Assembly: GCA_028534125.1 (NCBI GenBank)
Contig: CM052844.1
Location: 4,464,001-4,528,000, forward strand
DNA length: 64,000 bases
Origin: Lama glama
Lineage: Eukaryota
Direction of reading: 5' to 3'
In this document: in pieces, positions 12,259 to 23,818 of the stretch
Position numbering within the stretch: the first letter of the stretch is position 1
How the letters are laid out: each line of letters opens with the position of its first letter
Position numbers and translations under genes: made by a program
The notes under the pieces: model-generated
What the model was told of the DNA's origin: nothing
Databases searched by the model: none
Seen by the model: only the letters and a program-made list of their open reading frames with translations

Positions 12259-13125
12259 GAGGTGAATGGATGAACAAAACGTGGTCCAGCCAGACGATGG
12301 AATGTTACTCAGAAATGAAAGGAATGAGCTACCACGCCAAGACGTGACGTGGAGGAAACGCAGATGCAAACCACTTGTGAAAGGAGCCAATCTGAAAGGG
12401 CTCCACGCTGTGCGATTCCAGCTCTACGACATTCTGGAAAAGACAAAACTGTGGAGACAGTAAACGGATCTGTGATTGCCAAGGGTCGGGGGACGGGAGG
12501 AAGGAACAGGTGGAACAGAGAGGATTCTCAGAGCAATGAAACCATTCTGTCCAATGCTCGGATGCTGGAATCATGACATGCGTTCATCAAAACACAGAAA
12601 CAGAATCACAGACACAGAAAACAAACTTACAGTTACCAGGGGGGAAAGGGAGAGGTGAAGGGGTAAACTGGGAGTTCAGGATTTGCAGGTATTGACTACC
12701 ATGTATAACATAGATGAACTCAAAATGTATAGCACAGGGAACTATATTCAAGACCCTGGAATAGCCCATAATGAAAAAGAATATGAAAAGGAATATATAT
12801 ATATATATATACATAGACAACTGAATCACTATGCTGTACACCAGAAATTAACACCATACTGTAAATCAACTATGCATCAATAAAATTAAATACATAAATG
12901 AAACCCACAGAATATACAACACAAGGAGCGAACCTTAATGTAAACCATAGACTTTACTTCATAATCATGTATCAATACTGGCTCATCATTTATCACAAAT
13001 AGTGGAAGATGTGAATGTAACAGAAGAAGCTACAGCAGGGGAAAGAGTATGTGGGAAATCTCAGCCTTCTTTCTCAATTTTTCTGTAAAACTAAAACTGT
13101 CCTAAAAATATTAATTTAATTTAAA
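12259..13125 (+). mobile_element. L1MC-type 3' region split by a younger L1 insertion
   Basis: Consensus-colinear halves at ~12259-12590 and ~12899-13125 (aaacccacagaatatacaacac...ttttctgtaaaactaaaactgtcctaaaaa). Confidence 0.8.
12592..12898 (+). mobile_element. Younger camelid/cetartiodactyl L1 3' end nested in L1MC
   Basis: acagaaaacaaacttacagttaccagggg...tatagcacagggaactatattcaa...ctgaatcactatgctgtacaccagaaattaacac...caataaaattaaa. Confidence 0.85.
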
Positions 13126-13184
13126 AAACTGTACAGGAAAGGCCAGATGTAGTACCCAGGTTTAGTGTGAGTTGTGCCAGTTAA

Positions 13185-13390
13185 TAATAACAAATAATGA
13201 CTGTTCAATGTGTTTTATAGACATAGTGGCACTTAATCTTCACAGCAACCTGTTACTCTGCCCAATTTGCAGATGTTGAAACTGAGGCCAGTGAAGCTGA
13301 ACCATTTGCCTAAACTTACAAAGTTTCCTACTGGCTGGCCTGTGTCTGTTTGACTCCAGAATTGGGGTCTTAACCACAACAATTGCCTCT
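13185..13390 (-). mobile_element. MIR SINE
   Basis: taatcttcacagcaacc...cccaatttgcagatgttgaaactgaggc MIR core. Confidence 0.75.
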
Positions 13391-14426
13391 CCCCTAAGGG
13401 AGGCCACGTAAATGCTTGAGAAAGACGGGAAGCATTAACCCCGCCACGGGGGGGACGGGGAGTGGAGCCCTGGAGCTCCTGCTGTGTTTGGGGGAATGTT
13501 CTGCAGACAGTCGAGGACCGGAAGCCTGGCCAGACAACCGCAGTCCACACCCATCCTGCCTCGGGAGAAAACAGATCAAGCCGGGCCTGAAGACATGAAG
13601 GTAATTAGGAAGCAATGACTTTTCAATATTGAACCCACGACAAGCAGCTTTTGATCCAGGCAAAGGGAGAAAAGTTTCTCTTAAAAAAAAAAAAAAACAA
13701 TTTACAAGCAATAATCACCTTAAACAAATGGCCGTACAACGTAATGACCTGAAGCTATTCTTCAGACTGTCAAGCGATGACACCCCCAAGACCCTCATTA
13801 GTCTCCCCAATGTGTTGTGGGCGGACACCCTACTAATACATCCTGGCCCAGTTCCAAGTGATCCCTATTCCAGCAACCTTACCAGTCCAAAAGGAAATGT
13901 AAGATGCCAAACACCCAGTGCTCCAGATGGAGTCCATCTGCTAAAGATGTACCGTCACCCGGGGGGCCCCCACAGGTACCCGGGGGTCACTCATGCAAAG
14001 AGAACCAAGGGCCAAAAGTTCATTTGCTTTCCAATTTTAAAAGATAAATCATGATTTCATCTAAAGAGTGGCTTAATCTGTATCTAAATCTCATGCACTG
14101 CACAGCTGCTGTTTGATATTATTCAAAATTATAATTATTTCCCTTAAGAGTGGCCCCAGTAATACTTGACAGTCTGAGGTAGGCCCTATCTTATTTACAC
14201 AGCTGAACTTCTATTGTGCCAAGCAACAAACCTAAATAAAATGGACAGTTAAACTGAGCCTGGATTAAGGCATAAGAGAATGTCACCACTTTCTGATTCT
14301 ACACACCTATCAGAGCAGGAACTTGCTACAAACTGTCATTAAACGAATCTGATAAATTAGCAAGAAATCATCGGAACACAGGGCTTCCAGTGTGGGGGGC
14401 GTGGGAGTCTGCAAACAAAAACTCAC

Positions 14427-14520
14427 TTGAATGTTTTCCTGCTTGTGAGAAATTTGGGATGTGTTCTTAACAGTGTTTATATGATTCGGGTCCATTTCTT
14501 GGGGCCTGTTCACTTTGCTT
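14427..14520 (-). CDS. Candidate 94-nt exon with ATG at 14495: MDPNHINTVKNTSQISHKQENIQ, phase-0 donor
   Basis: Strong donor CAA|gtgagt and strong Kozak context GAAATGG. Acceptor ttcccatttaataaag| is weaker. Frame is open across the whole exon. Confidence 0.4.
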
Positions 14521-15205
14521 CTTTATTAAATGGGAATCACAAGCAGTGTGCAATGACTTAAAAGTACCAGCCATGTTACCAAGGGGTCTCCCCACTGCCA
14601 AGTTTGACCAAGTGCAAATGGGCTTAAAAATGTGACGCCTTTAAAAAGGCTTACTGAAAAGATGGAGGGGGAAAATTATCATGTTCTAAAAATGTTCTGG
14701 AATCCTCACACCCACGGGGCAAATACATAATTTAAAATATCTTTTAAACAGACATGCAAAGAATTTGCGCACGACTACAACATTTTGATACAATTCAAAC
14801 AGTATCTATATCAATATTTAAAAGCATATACATTAGGAACTGATCTTTTATCTTTAAGTTTAAGATGGAGAATTAAATCACATAATGAAACCAAAAATAT
14901 TTTCAAAATAATAAATCCTGACTTCTACAGGAAATTAATTTTATCATAGTACCTTCTTTTAATTGATGCAACCTGCATCCATAAGCATGAAAACGGGGCA
15001 CTGCAGACATGCTGCCCCTTAACAACAAATAGAAAGTATACTATACCATTTGCCTAATTTCTTTGTTCACGCTGATCTTTAATTTCTGACACACATTTTT
15101 GTCTGGAACAATTGCAGAGCACTTGCAAACACACCTGGGTTACACTGTAATACTTCTGGAGCAGCTGAAGATTTGAGCAGCCAATGTGGAGGCACTGTCA
15201 GTATG

Positions 15206-15224
15206 CAGTGCCCTCTGCTGGCCA
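15206..15224 (-). promoter_or_regulatory. CTCF binding motif
   Basis: Minus strand TGGCCAGCAGAGGGCACTG, a close match to the CTCF core consensus, in non-repeat sequence. Confidence 0.7.
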
Positions 15225-15462
15225 ATTTGTTTAACATCGCGATGAAGCAAAAGTTCCTGGGTGTTTATGTTAACTTACAATGTGAAGAAGAAAGAGAAGA
15301 AAGAAAAAAAAACTAAGATTTTTTTTTTTGGAATTAGATATAATTCCAGATAGTCACCATTCACCACTGTAGTTCCTTTACTGAATACGTGTTTACCTTT
15401 ACTGAAGAAAACAAACGGAAGACTACCTTATACAAAGAAATAGCCATTGCAAAAATAAACAC

Positions 15463-15590
15463 CTTGTAATAACCTAGAACAAAAAAGAATATGAAAAAGA
15501 ATATATATATATGTATAGCTGAATCACTAAGCCGTACACCAAAAACTAGCACAACATTGTAAGTCAACTATACTTCAATTTTAAAAAAAA
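15463..15590 (+). mobile_element. Short camelid-type L1 3' tail
   Basis: gaatatgaaaaagaatatatatatatgtatagctgaatcact...cattgtaagtcaactatacttcaat followed by an A tail. Confidence 0.85.
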
Positions 15591-15898
15591 TTAGAGCATA
15601 TTTAGAGAATTAGGTTTCTTATGTGTACTGCAAGTCCCAGGTCAGAGTCACCCCACCTATAACCTCTTTTGAGATCTACTTGTCCTTCCTCAGTGTTCCC
15701 ACAGCCCCTCCACGGATGCGCTAACCACCTGTGCTGTGATCCTTCCCCACTGGAACTCTGAGCTCGCCCACAGCAGGGGCACACGCTGCTCATCTTTGAA
15801 GCTTTGAACGATATAAACATCCCATAAAGGTCTGTCTGATCTTCTCGAATGCTGCAGAATTAACCACAGGGACAGACTGCCCAAAACTGCAACTAAGC

Positions 15899-16800
15899 TT
15901 CCTGGTGATGCATTTAGAAAGTTGCCCTGGGCTCCAGACGTGTAATAGGATTTTTAATAGTAAGAGGTGATGAAGAACAGAATACATGTAGCACAATAAG
16001 CCTCTGGTTGTGGACCCAGTAATTTTAGGGAAGAAAAAGAAACAGGTGCAACACTGTGCTGACTTAGATGGGCCCTGCCCTCTGACCCCACTTGAGCTGC
16101 AGGCCAGATTCTCTGGCCCAGAGGCCAGCGAGCGGGAGGTGGCAGGGGGTACCCTTCTGCGACCAGGCAGGGAAACCTCTCAGGGTACAGAGGCAGGCCT
16201 CAGTGACACAGACAGCGGGAGAGGGGTCCGGCAGTGGGGGAGCAGGCCTCTGGCACAAGGGAGAGAGAGCATTCTAGGCTCCTCTTTGGAGCTCAGATTA
16301 ACTCCATTTTATTTGGAGTAAAACAGAAATCACTTAAATAAATCCTTGAGGTTCGCATCCTGCAAGGTGCCGTGGGAACACAGTGGGGACAGAAAGATAA
16401 ACCAGATCTTTGTTGATGACCACTTAATGCGCATACCAGGAGATCTCTCGAGGAAGAAACAAAACCTAGAACTAATAAAGACAAAAGTGTGTGGTTTGAC
16501 TACAGAAAATAGCAGGTTTTCACCATGCCAAAAATATTACCTAAATGTCAAAATACAAGTGACAAACTGTGAACGTTTCTGCAACATACATGAAAAGGCT
16601 AAAATCTTTTCTGTCTAAAAAGTGTTTATGCAAACTGGAGAGAAAAATACCAGCCATCTATGAAGACTCACATGGGCAATTTTCAGAGAGAAAGGAAACA
16701 CAGACTGCTACGTGTATTCTGTTCTTCATCACCTCTTACTGTTAAAAATCCTATGATACGCCTGGAGCCCAGGGCAACTTTCTAAATGCATCACCGGGAA
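15899..16800. repeat. 95-bp inverted repeat pair (15899-15993 and 16706-16800), 89/95 identical, 712-bp spacer
   Basis: Manual ungapped alignment of arm 1 to the reverse complement of arm 2 gives 6 mismatches. Confidence 0.95.
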
Positions 16801-16920
16801 CCTCACTAATGATTAGTGGAACGCAAATAAGATAGCTTTTTAATCTAACAACTCTCAAATTAGTAAAAATAAAAATACAAAATACTTTACAATCTTCATG
16901 TATTAAAGCAGGTACCAGCA
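16530..16920 (+). mobile_element. Old L1 (L1ME-like) ORF2 3' fragment, interrupted by arm 2 of the inverted repeat
   Basis: gacaaactgtgaacgtttctgcaacataca...aaaggaaacacag [insert] aacctcactaatgattagtggaacgcaaataa. Confidence 0.6.
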
Positions 16921-16924
16921 AACA

Positions 16925-17424
16925 NNNNNNNNNNNNNNNNNNNNNNNNNNNNNNNNNNNNNNNNNNNNNNNNNNNNNNNNNNNNNNNNNNNNNNNNNNNN
17001 NNNNNNNNNNNNNNNNNNNNNNNNNNNNNNNNNNNNNNNNNNNNNNNNNNNNNNNNNNNNNNNNNNNNNNNNNNNNNNNNNNNNNNNNNNNNNNNNNNNN
17101 NNNNNNNNNNNNNNNNNNNNNNNNNNNNNNNNNNNNNNNNNNNNNNNNNNNNNNNNNNNNNNNNNNNNNNNNNNNNNNNNNNNNNNNNNNNNNNNNNNNN
17201 NNNNNNNNNNNNNNNNNNNNNNNNNNNNNNNNNNNNNNNNNNNNNNNNNNNNNNNNNNNNNNNNNNNNNNNNNNNNNNNNNNNNNNNNNNNNNNNNNNNN
17301 NNNNNNNNNNNNNNNNNNNNNNNNNNNNNNNNNNNNNNNNNNNNNNNNNNNNNNNNNNNNNNNNNNNNNNNNNNNNNNNNNNNNNNNNNNNNNNNNNNNN
17401 NNNNNNNNNNNNNNNNNNNNNNNN
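16925..17424. other. Assembly gap (500 N)
   Basis: Run of N. Confidence 1.
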
Positions 17425-17634
17425 TTTTGAGACACTGTTCTTTGGAAAAGTGTGCAGAACAAAGAAAATCACACATCCTCATTTTGTGATTAAAAACAGA
17501 TACACACGCCTGTTTATCAACAGAACTGCTTTGGGGGAGTATGGAATGACCTCTGGGAAGTGCGGCTGGGGAGGAAAGAGCAGGGGCAGTTCGTTTCCAC
17601 CGTGTAGTATATACACTCTGGTACTGCTTGTTTT

Positions 17635-17660
17635 GTGTGTGTGTGTGTGTGTGTGTGTGT
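17635..17660. repeat. (GT)13 microsatellite at the tail of a short antisense L1 3' fragment
   Basis: Seen directly. Confidence 0.95.
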
Positions 17661-18419
17661 TCATTAACATATAGTCGATTTGCAACACTGAATTTCTGGT
17701 GTACTGCATAGCGAGCAGTTCAGTTATACGTAGTCTTATATTACACTTTCAAAAAATAAATTTTAAAAACAACATCCAAAAAAACCCTATCTCCAAAAAT
17801 TCTGCATCTACGATGTGAATGGCATGAGTACGGGGGACCAGGGAGCCCGGTGATGCCGAGGGGTCTCTGCTCATAGATGAGAAAGCCGCGCCGGGGCGGC
17901 CACCCTCCGCTGCTCCAGGGCTGCATCCCTGTGCTCTGCAAGCCCCTGTTCTGCTGGAGAACAAGGACCACGTGGCGCCCTGAGAGCTCGAGGAGTCGTG
18001 GACCCAACAACTCTTGTATTATGTGGTCTCAGGAAACATCAAATAAAAGAACAGAACTTATCCAGTGCCCTCCCTTCATCTCCATCAAGGCCACACCTAC
18101 CCCGAGAGCGGCTCTGTCCTTGGCTCTCGACGTCAGTGTCGTGCCCGGACACGAGCACGTCCACCGGCACACACAGCACAGCCCTGCCTCCTCCGCGGCG
18201 CGGCCCCTCGAGCTCTGCCCCCTCCAGCCCCGGCCTGAGTGTTCAGTAGTGGAATCTTGCCAACAGTGTGACTGCCTGGTTTCCTGGGCAAGATGTGTCC
18301 ATTTTTACAGCTGGTATTACAAGCACCTGGGCAATCAAATGTATAAATTACATCCTCTTTTCCTTCAGGAATTCACCTTTCCATGATCCGTCTCTAGCTT
18401 TGGTTACTTCATCATTAGC

Positions 18420-18446
18420 AAAAAAAAAAAAAAAAAAAAAAAAAAA
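18420..18446 (+). repeat. A27 homopolymer
   Basis: Seen directly; no retroelement body recognised upstream. Confidence 0.95.
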
Positions 18447-19326
18447 GCCCATTTTTTAAAACAGAAAATCTTTAATTTGTAGTTATTCTAAAAATCTTCA
18501 ATTGCTTTACAAAAAGGGTGACACTGCCTCGTTTTAAAATGATTCAAAGATTTGCTGGGTTGATGCCACCACTGCTATTTATGCATATGTCTTGTCACTA
18601 ATGAGATAACGTTACCTAATACGACGTACCTAGCAGGATCTTAATAAATAGTAATTGAATCAAATGAATTGATTGATTGATTGGCTATGATTGCAAATTA
18701 ATTAGGCACTGCCAAAAATCATTCTTGATGCTGAGCTAATAAAGAGCTGTTCTGGGGAGAAAGAAGGCGGTGTGCGTAGAATTAAGATTTGTTTACTCGT
18801 TCATCCATTCGAAAGACATATATCGAGAACCTGCACGCTTGCCCTCCACTTACTGGTTGCGACCTTCGGTAGATCATGTCTCTGTGTTTTAGTTCATGCT
18901 GTTCTCTCGGCCAGGGAGGCCCATCGACCCCTCACCGCCAACTGACAGCACAATCTCCTAATCTACCTAGAGAAAACCCACGTCAAAAATATCTGGAACT
19001 CAAGGGAGAGTCAGCACCAAAAACACAAAAGAAAAAAAATGTTGATATAAGGCTTTCTTTTATGACATACTGTTGCATTTATCAGCAACCAAATTTGATT
19101 CAGTCCATAAATGAGACCCTGCTATCCTTGGGCTGGTAAAGCTTGTTGTCTCCGTGCTCCCACGTAGTGTGTCTCCAGAGCACGTTCCTCCTGAGTCCTC
19201 CTGACCAACTTCACGGAGGAACCAAGGGCTGTAAGAGCCTTTGTCAAAAATAGATGTTTTCCTTCTACCTGGGGCGTCCTTCCTTTGGCCCATCATTCTG
19301 AGCTCCAGCTTTAACCAAAAGTGCTT

Positions 19327-19545
19327 CATACATTTATTGAGAACATACCGCATGCCACGAGCATTATCACTTAAGCCTCACAGTGATCCCACAACATTGG
19401 CACCTTCACTGTCCCCATTCTAGGGATGAGGAAACTGAGGATTAGAGTCAGGCTGAGTAAGTCACCCAGGGTCTCACAGCCAGTACACAGCAGCAGCAGA
19501 ACTGGGACCCAAGTCTGCTTGGTTCCAAAGTTCCAAACCTTAAAC
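19327..19545 (-). mobile_element. MIR SINE
   Basis: catttattgag...ccccattctagggatgaggaaactgagg...tcacccagggtctcacagccagt. Confidence 0.85.
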
Positions 19546-20521
19546 ATTAACTTTCAGTGCCAGGGGTCTCACATAACTGCACTCAGAAGTGCTGTCTTGG
19601 GTTAGCCCCCACACAGGCATCTCCCCTTCCTTAGTGCCACCAGAATCACCAGCAATGAGTTTTAAGACTCAAGGTCCTGAACGTGCGTAGTTAGAATCTT
19701 TGTCAAGAACGGTCCTTAAATTGATAGCATCCTCTTTTTCATCCAGAGGCGTACTCCAAAGGTAGTAGAGATTTTGAACAGCATTCTTTTTCTCTATATA
19801 TATAGATATTAACATCTTAAATGTCAATGATGATTGCATGTTAGGATGAAGGAAAAAAATAGACACAAAATGCTCAAAAACTTCTGCCCACGGAAACCTA
19901 TCTGAAATTCATTCAGCATAAACTAAATGATGATGAGGAAATAAAAAGGCCACATGAAAGAAAACAGGTTTAATAAAATGTTGATGAGCTCTTTCTCTCC
20001 AAAGGTTAATAACCAGGAACACTTCCAAGCTGGTATTTCGCTGGTACCACTCAGGTGTAAATATGAAACCCACTCCCCAAACTCTGATACTGTTCACCAA
20101 CCAGAACTCAGCACTCCTCCAATGACTGCTGCCTTGTTGCTATTAATGGCAATAAAAAAAAAATCCCACGTTTACATTAATCATGAACATAAGCTGATCA
20201 GGGAATGAATTTCTTCTAAATCATCTTGCTCACAAAAGATGATCTCTTTATGAGAATTCTAATTCTATAGAATTATTAGCTCTTTTTTTTTTTAAGGAGC
20301 ATCAGTTTCTCCACCAGGACATTTGTGTCTTTGGTATTACAGAAAGAACCAGATTAATCCTCTATTAATCCAGAGAGACGTAATCCTCTCTTTATTTTCA
20401 ATTCTGTGTCACTACATTGTGCGCAGCACTTGAACAGTCATCCCCTCTTCTCTCTGCCAGTGTTTTACACGCCAAAGAAATTGTTTTCCCAAGGACTGTA
20501 CCATCTTAAGATCACGCTCAC

Positions 20522-20830
20522 CCGGATCCCGGGAGTCTTCTGAATCAGTCCAGAAAAAAGAGAGAGAATTGGATTTCAGAGTGGCTCCCAGCCCTGAGAA
20601 GTTACTGCCAGATAACCTCTGGCAGTCAAGTGGTAGTGGGGAGTCCCCACTGCCAGGGGCTGCAGCCAACAACGGGCCCAGCAGAAGCCTCTGCTCCCCC
20701 CAGAGCAGGAAACTCTGACTTGGTTTCTCAGCCGTAACGGCCAGCAGGCATCTGCTGTAGGTAGGAAGTCTCCAAAGTGCAATAACAGATCCAGAACCGG
20801 CAGGGGCCTCCCTTAAATAATTGAATCTGC
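20522..20830 (-). promoter_or_regulatory. Candidate alternative promoter and first exon
   Basis: TATA-like TATTTAAG (20819-20812), then ~270 nt of non-repeat, moderately GC-rich sequence, then donor CGG|gtgagc at 20522/20521. Confidence 0.4.
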
Positions 20831-22076
20831 GCGGCTGGGAGCTCCCTGCTTGGCCTCTGGACTGCAGCACACTCGACCCTCTCCCTTCATTCAGGTCTGT
20901 GACCGCATCAAGTCTTGTAATTACACCTGGAGCCACGCCAACCTCCATCTGTGTCCTGCAACTGGGACGTAAATGAGGGAAGAAGGTGCCTTTCCATCTG
21001 CAGGACCTCTCGCCAGACTGACCGGTCCCTCACTGCCACCAACTTGTGTGATGTTATCACTATAATTATCCTCAACAGCAAACCGTGTCCTCAACAGAGA
21101 CCCTGTGCTACGGAGGGGGGCATCCTACCATTTCCCAAAGGCCAAAGTTGAACAAACTTTCTGTGACTCTCGGCGGAATTCTCGGTCAGGCACACGCAGA
21201 CACCTCCCTGGTCCGCTGGGGAAAACAGGAAAACCACTGTTTCATTCTACAGCATTTAGACCAAATCTCCACTAAAATTCCTAAGGAAAATTGGAGGAAA
21301 ATGCCTCAATTTGTCAAATAGATATCAAATAAATTATCTATGCACATAGGAGTCATTCTAAAGCTTACGTGCACAATCCTAGCCTTGAACCCCCATTGTT
21401 CTACTGTGTTCTGACTCTTTTAGAAGAGTCTTTCTTCTCAGAACCACTCAGGAGTGGTTAGTGATGAAACACTTCTGCCCAGGGTGAGAGCTATCGGGGA
21501 GGCAGTCCACACACACCACGTCGGGCAGGACACATGCACCCCCTCTGCCCAAACCCCAGATAAATGGCTGTGAACCAACAACTAGATGCCTGATCATCCG
21601 CATTTGATCACGTTACTTGTTGAGGGTAGAGCTCAGCCTTCCTAATCGCCACCCTGCTGCCCTTTGACCTTAACAGATGAGTCACCCCCTGCCTGCCTCT
21701 CCACCTTGCCCCTCTCCACCCAGGCTCAGCCCCACACCTTCAGTCTGAGGCTCCTGGGAAGGGGGCGGCACCCCCGGGGCCCTGACGCAGCCCAGAGAAG
21801 CCGAGAAGGTGGAGGGGTCATGTCGGACCTGCAGGTGAACAGCTCCTCCTCCATCGCCTCCCATCCCAGCTCCGCCCTCTCTCACCTTTGTAAAGACTGA
21901 GCCGTAGGGCGATCGCTTCTGGCTGGGTGTCTGGTTGTTTGTGTTCTAAGAAAGTCACACGCCATTGGGAGTCGTGAAGGTCAGAAGTCTTTAATTAAGA
22001 AAGGGAGGCCGTCTCCACGGGGTTGCCCCTAATTATTTGTTTTGTAACATCGATGATCCTTCATCTTTGTTTCGAG

Positions 22077-22247
22077 CAGTGGTTCTCAGCCTTGGCTGTG
22101 CGACAGGCTCACCTGGGGAGCGCTGACCACGCCCGATGCCCAGCCACACGCCAGGCCACTGTCACGACTGCTGAAGGGGAGACCCAGGCGTCCGTCACTT
22201 TCAAGGCTCCTGGTGACTCTGAAGTCCAGCCCAAGCTAAAACCACTA
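22077..22247 (+). mobile_element. MER5A1-type DNA transposon
   Basis: cagtggttctcagccttggctg...ggctcctggtgactctgaagtccagcccaagctaaaaccacta. Confidence 0.8.
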
Positions 22248-23346
22248 GTTTAGAAGAAACTTCCTTAACTGGTTTTCAGTCCTCTTGACTTTGGCGGTTT
22301 TACCCGCGCTGCAGTACACTTCTTCACGGGAAAAATATAATTATCACAATAATGACTAGGACCCTTTATTAAGAGCTTGCTCCGCCAGAAGCACGAGCTA
22401 CATAAAAGCTAAGGATGATGATTTCAAACAAAATGAGATAAAACACACGCACTAGAAAAGCCAATGGGACTTGGTGTTTGCAAATATCTACAAACCGACA
22501 TATTTCAATATGCAGAGAAGACGTCTGGAAGGATAAACAAACATCAGACTTGTAAACGTGACTCCATCTGGGGTGTGGGATGAGATAAGGAGAATGGCCT
22601 TTTATTCTTTCTTAATATTCTTCATCTTTGAAAATGATAAGGAAGACGTATTTTGAAATCAAAAGGTGCAAACTCAGTAAGGAGAGTGTCTCTGCACTTC
22701 GGGGTTTCTGAGCTAGAAGTTAGGGCTTGGAGTTTGCAACCGAAGCCTTGCCCAGTGACAAAACATGGACGACCAGACTAATGAGAGAAATAGTGACCAC
22801 GTGAAGACTTGGAAGAGCAAAATTCTGGCAGATTAATACACCCAGGCAACGGAAAATTCACTTCTTAAAGGGGGCCAAAATCTGTTAAATGGAAAACAGC
22901 TAGAAGGAACGATTTAAGATTGTACAGGAGGACCGTCTGAAGTGAAGGGTCTGAATGGCACGTTTGTGACAGGTCTGGACTCAGCAGGAAGATGACAGGG
23001 AGAGAAGGAAAAGCGCTGGGATGGGAAGAGGCCGGGCAGCACAGAGACGGCAGAAGTCAAGGCGGCCGAGGAGCTGGCTGAGCCACTGGCCAAGGACCAC
23101 CCGGGTCTCTGTCACAATCTCAGAAACCGTGAGGAAGATGAGGAGACAAAGATTTTCGGCGACAGTTACCACTCATCAGACCGCGAGATGGGGACCTGAC
23201 AAGAGTATTTTCCAGCCAACACTCAGGAGTCGCGGGAGGGCAGCTCTGTCTGGGAGACGTGGTCCTGGCGGCTGGACCCTGGGGCGGTGGGGGGGGGGGC
23301 GAGTCTGCATGTCAGAGGCATGAAAAGAATAAAATTCCCCTTTCTC

Positions 23347-23818
23347 ATTTTTTTAAATTTTTTAATGAAAATTGTATATATTTAAGATGAACAACATGTT
23401 TTGATATACACAGTGGAATGATTACTACAGTCAAGTGAATTAATATCTCCTCCTCACACGTGTAGTCACAATGCGTGTGTGTGTGTGTGTGTGTGTGTGG
23501 TGGTGGTGGTGGTGGTGGTGGTGAGAACAACTGAGATCTACTCCCTCAGCAAGCTTTCAGGACACAGTACAGCATTGTTGGCTCCAACCACCGTGCTGTA
23601 CATTGGTGACCACGTGGAGGAAACCGGGGGCTGTTATGCTATGTGAAATAAGCCAGACACAGGAAGACAAATGCTGCACGATGTCACTTCTGTGCAGAAG
23701 GTACAAAAGCCAAATTCACAGTGAATTCATAGAACGGTGGTTCCCAGGGTTGGGGAGGTGGGGTGATGGGGAGGCGCTGGTCAGGGGGCACAAAGTTGCA
23801 GCTCTGCAGGGTGAACCA
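23347..23818 (-). mobile_element. L1MA9-like 3' fragment with 5' inversion (twin priming); contains (GT)n(GGT)n at 23476-23522
   Basis: 23347-23603 is the L1 3' end in minus orientation. 23604-23818 is the consensus-adjacent upstream segment in plus orientation. TSD-like cccctttctc / cccctcttct. Confidence 0.8.

Noticed and set aside
18360-18425. Minus-strand C/D-box snoRNA-like pattern (ATGATGA 18415-18409, CTGA 18368-18365)
   Set aside because: Only 51 nt from C to D, no clear C'/D' boxes, and the terminal stem relies on a homopolymer. Such motif pairs are expected by chance in 64 kb; an Rfam or snoscan hit would be needed.
18250-18446. Processed pseudogene ending in the A27 tract
   Set aside because: No poly(A) signal at the right distance, no TSD and no recognisable parent ORF.
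20412-20948. 178-aa ORF as a standalone gene
   Set aside because: No recognisable domain. The ATG lies upstream of the TATA-like element and the ORF runs through a likely donor, so it is better explained as promoter/UTR.
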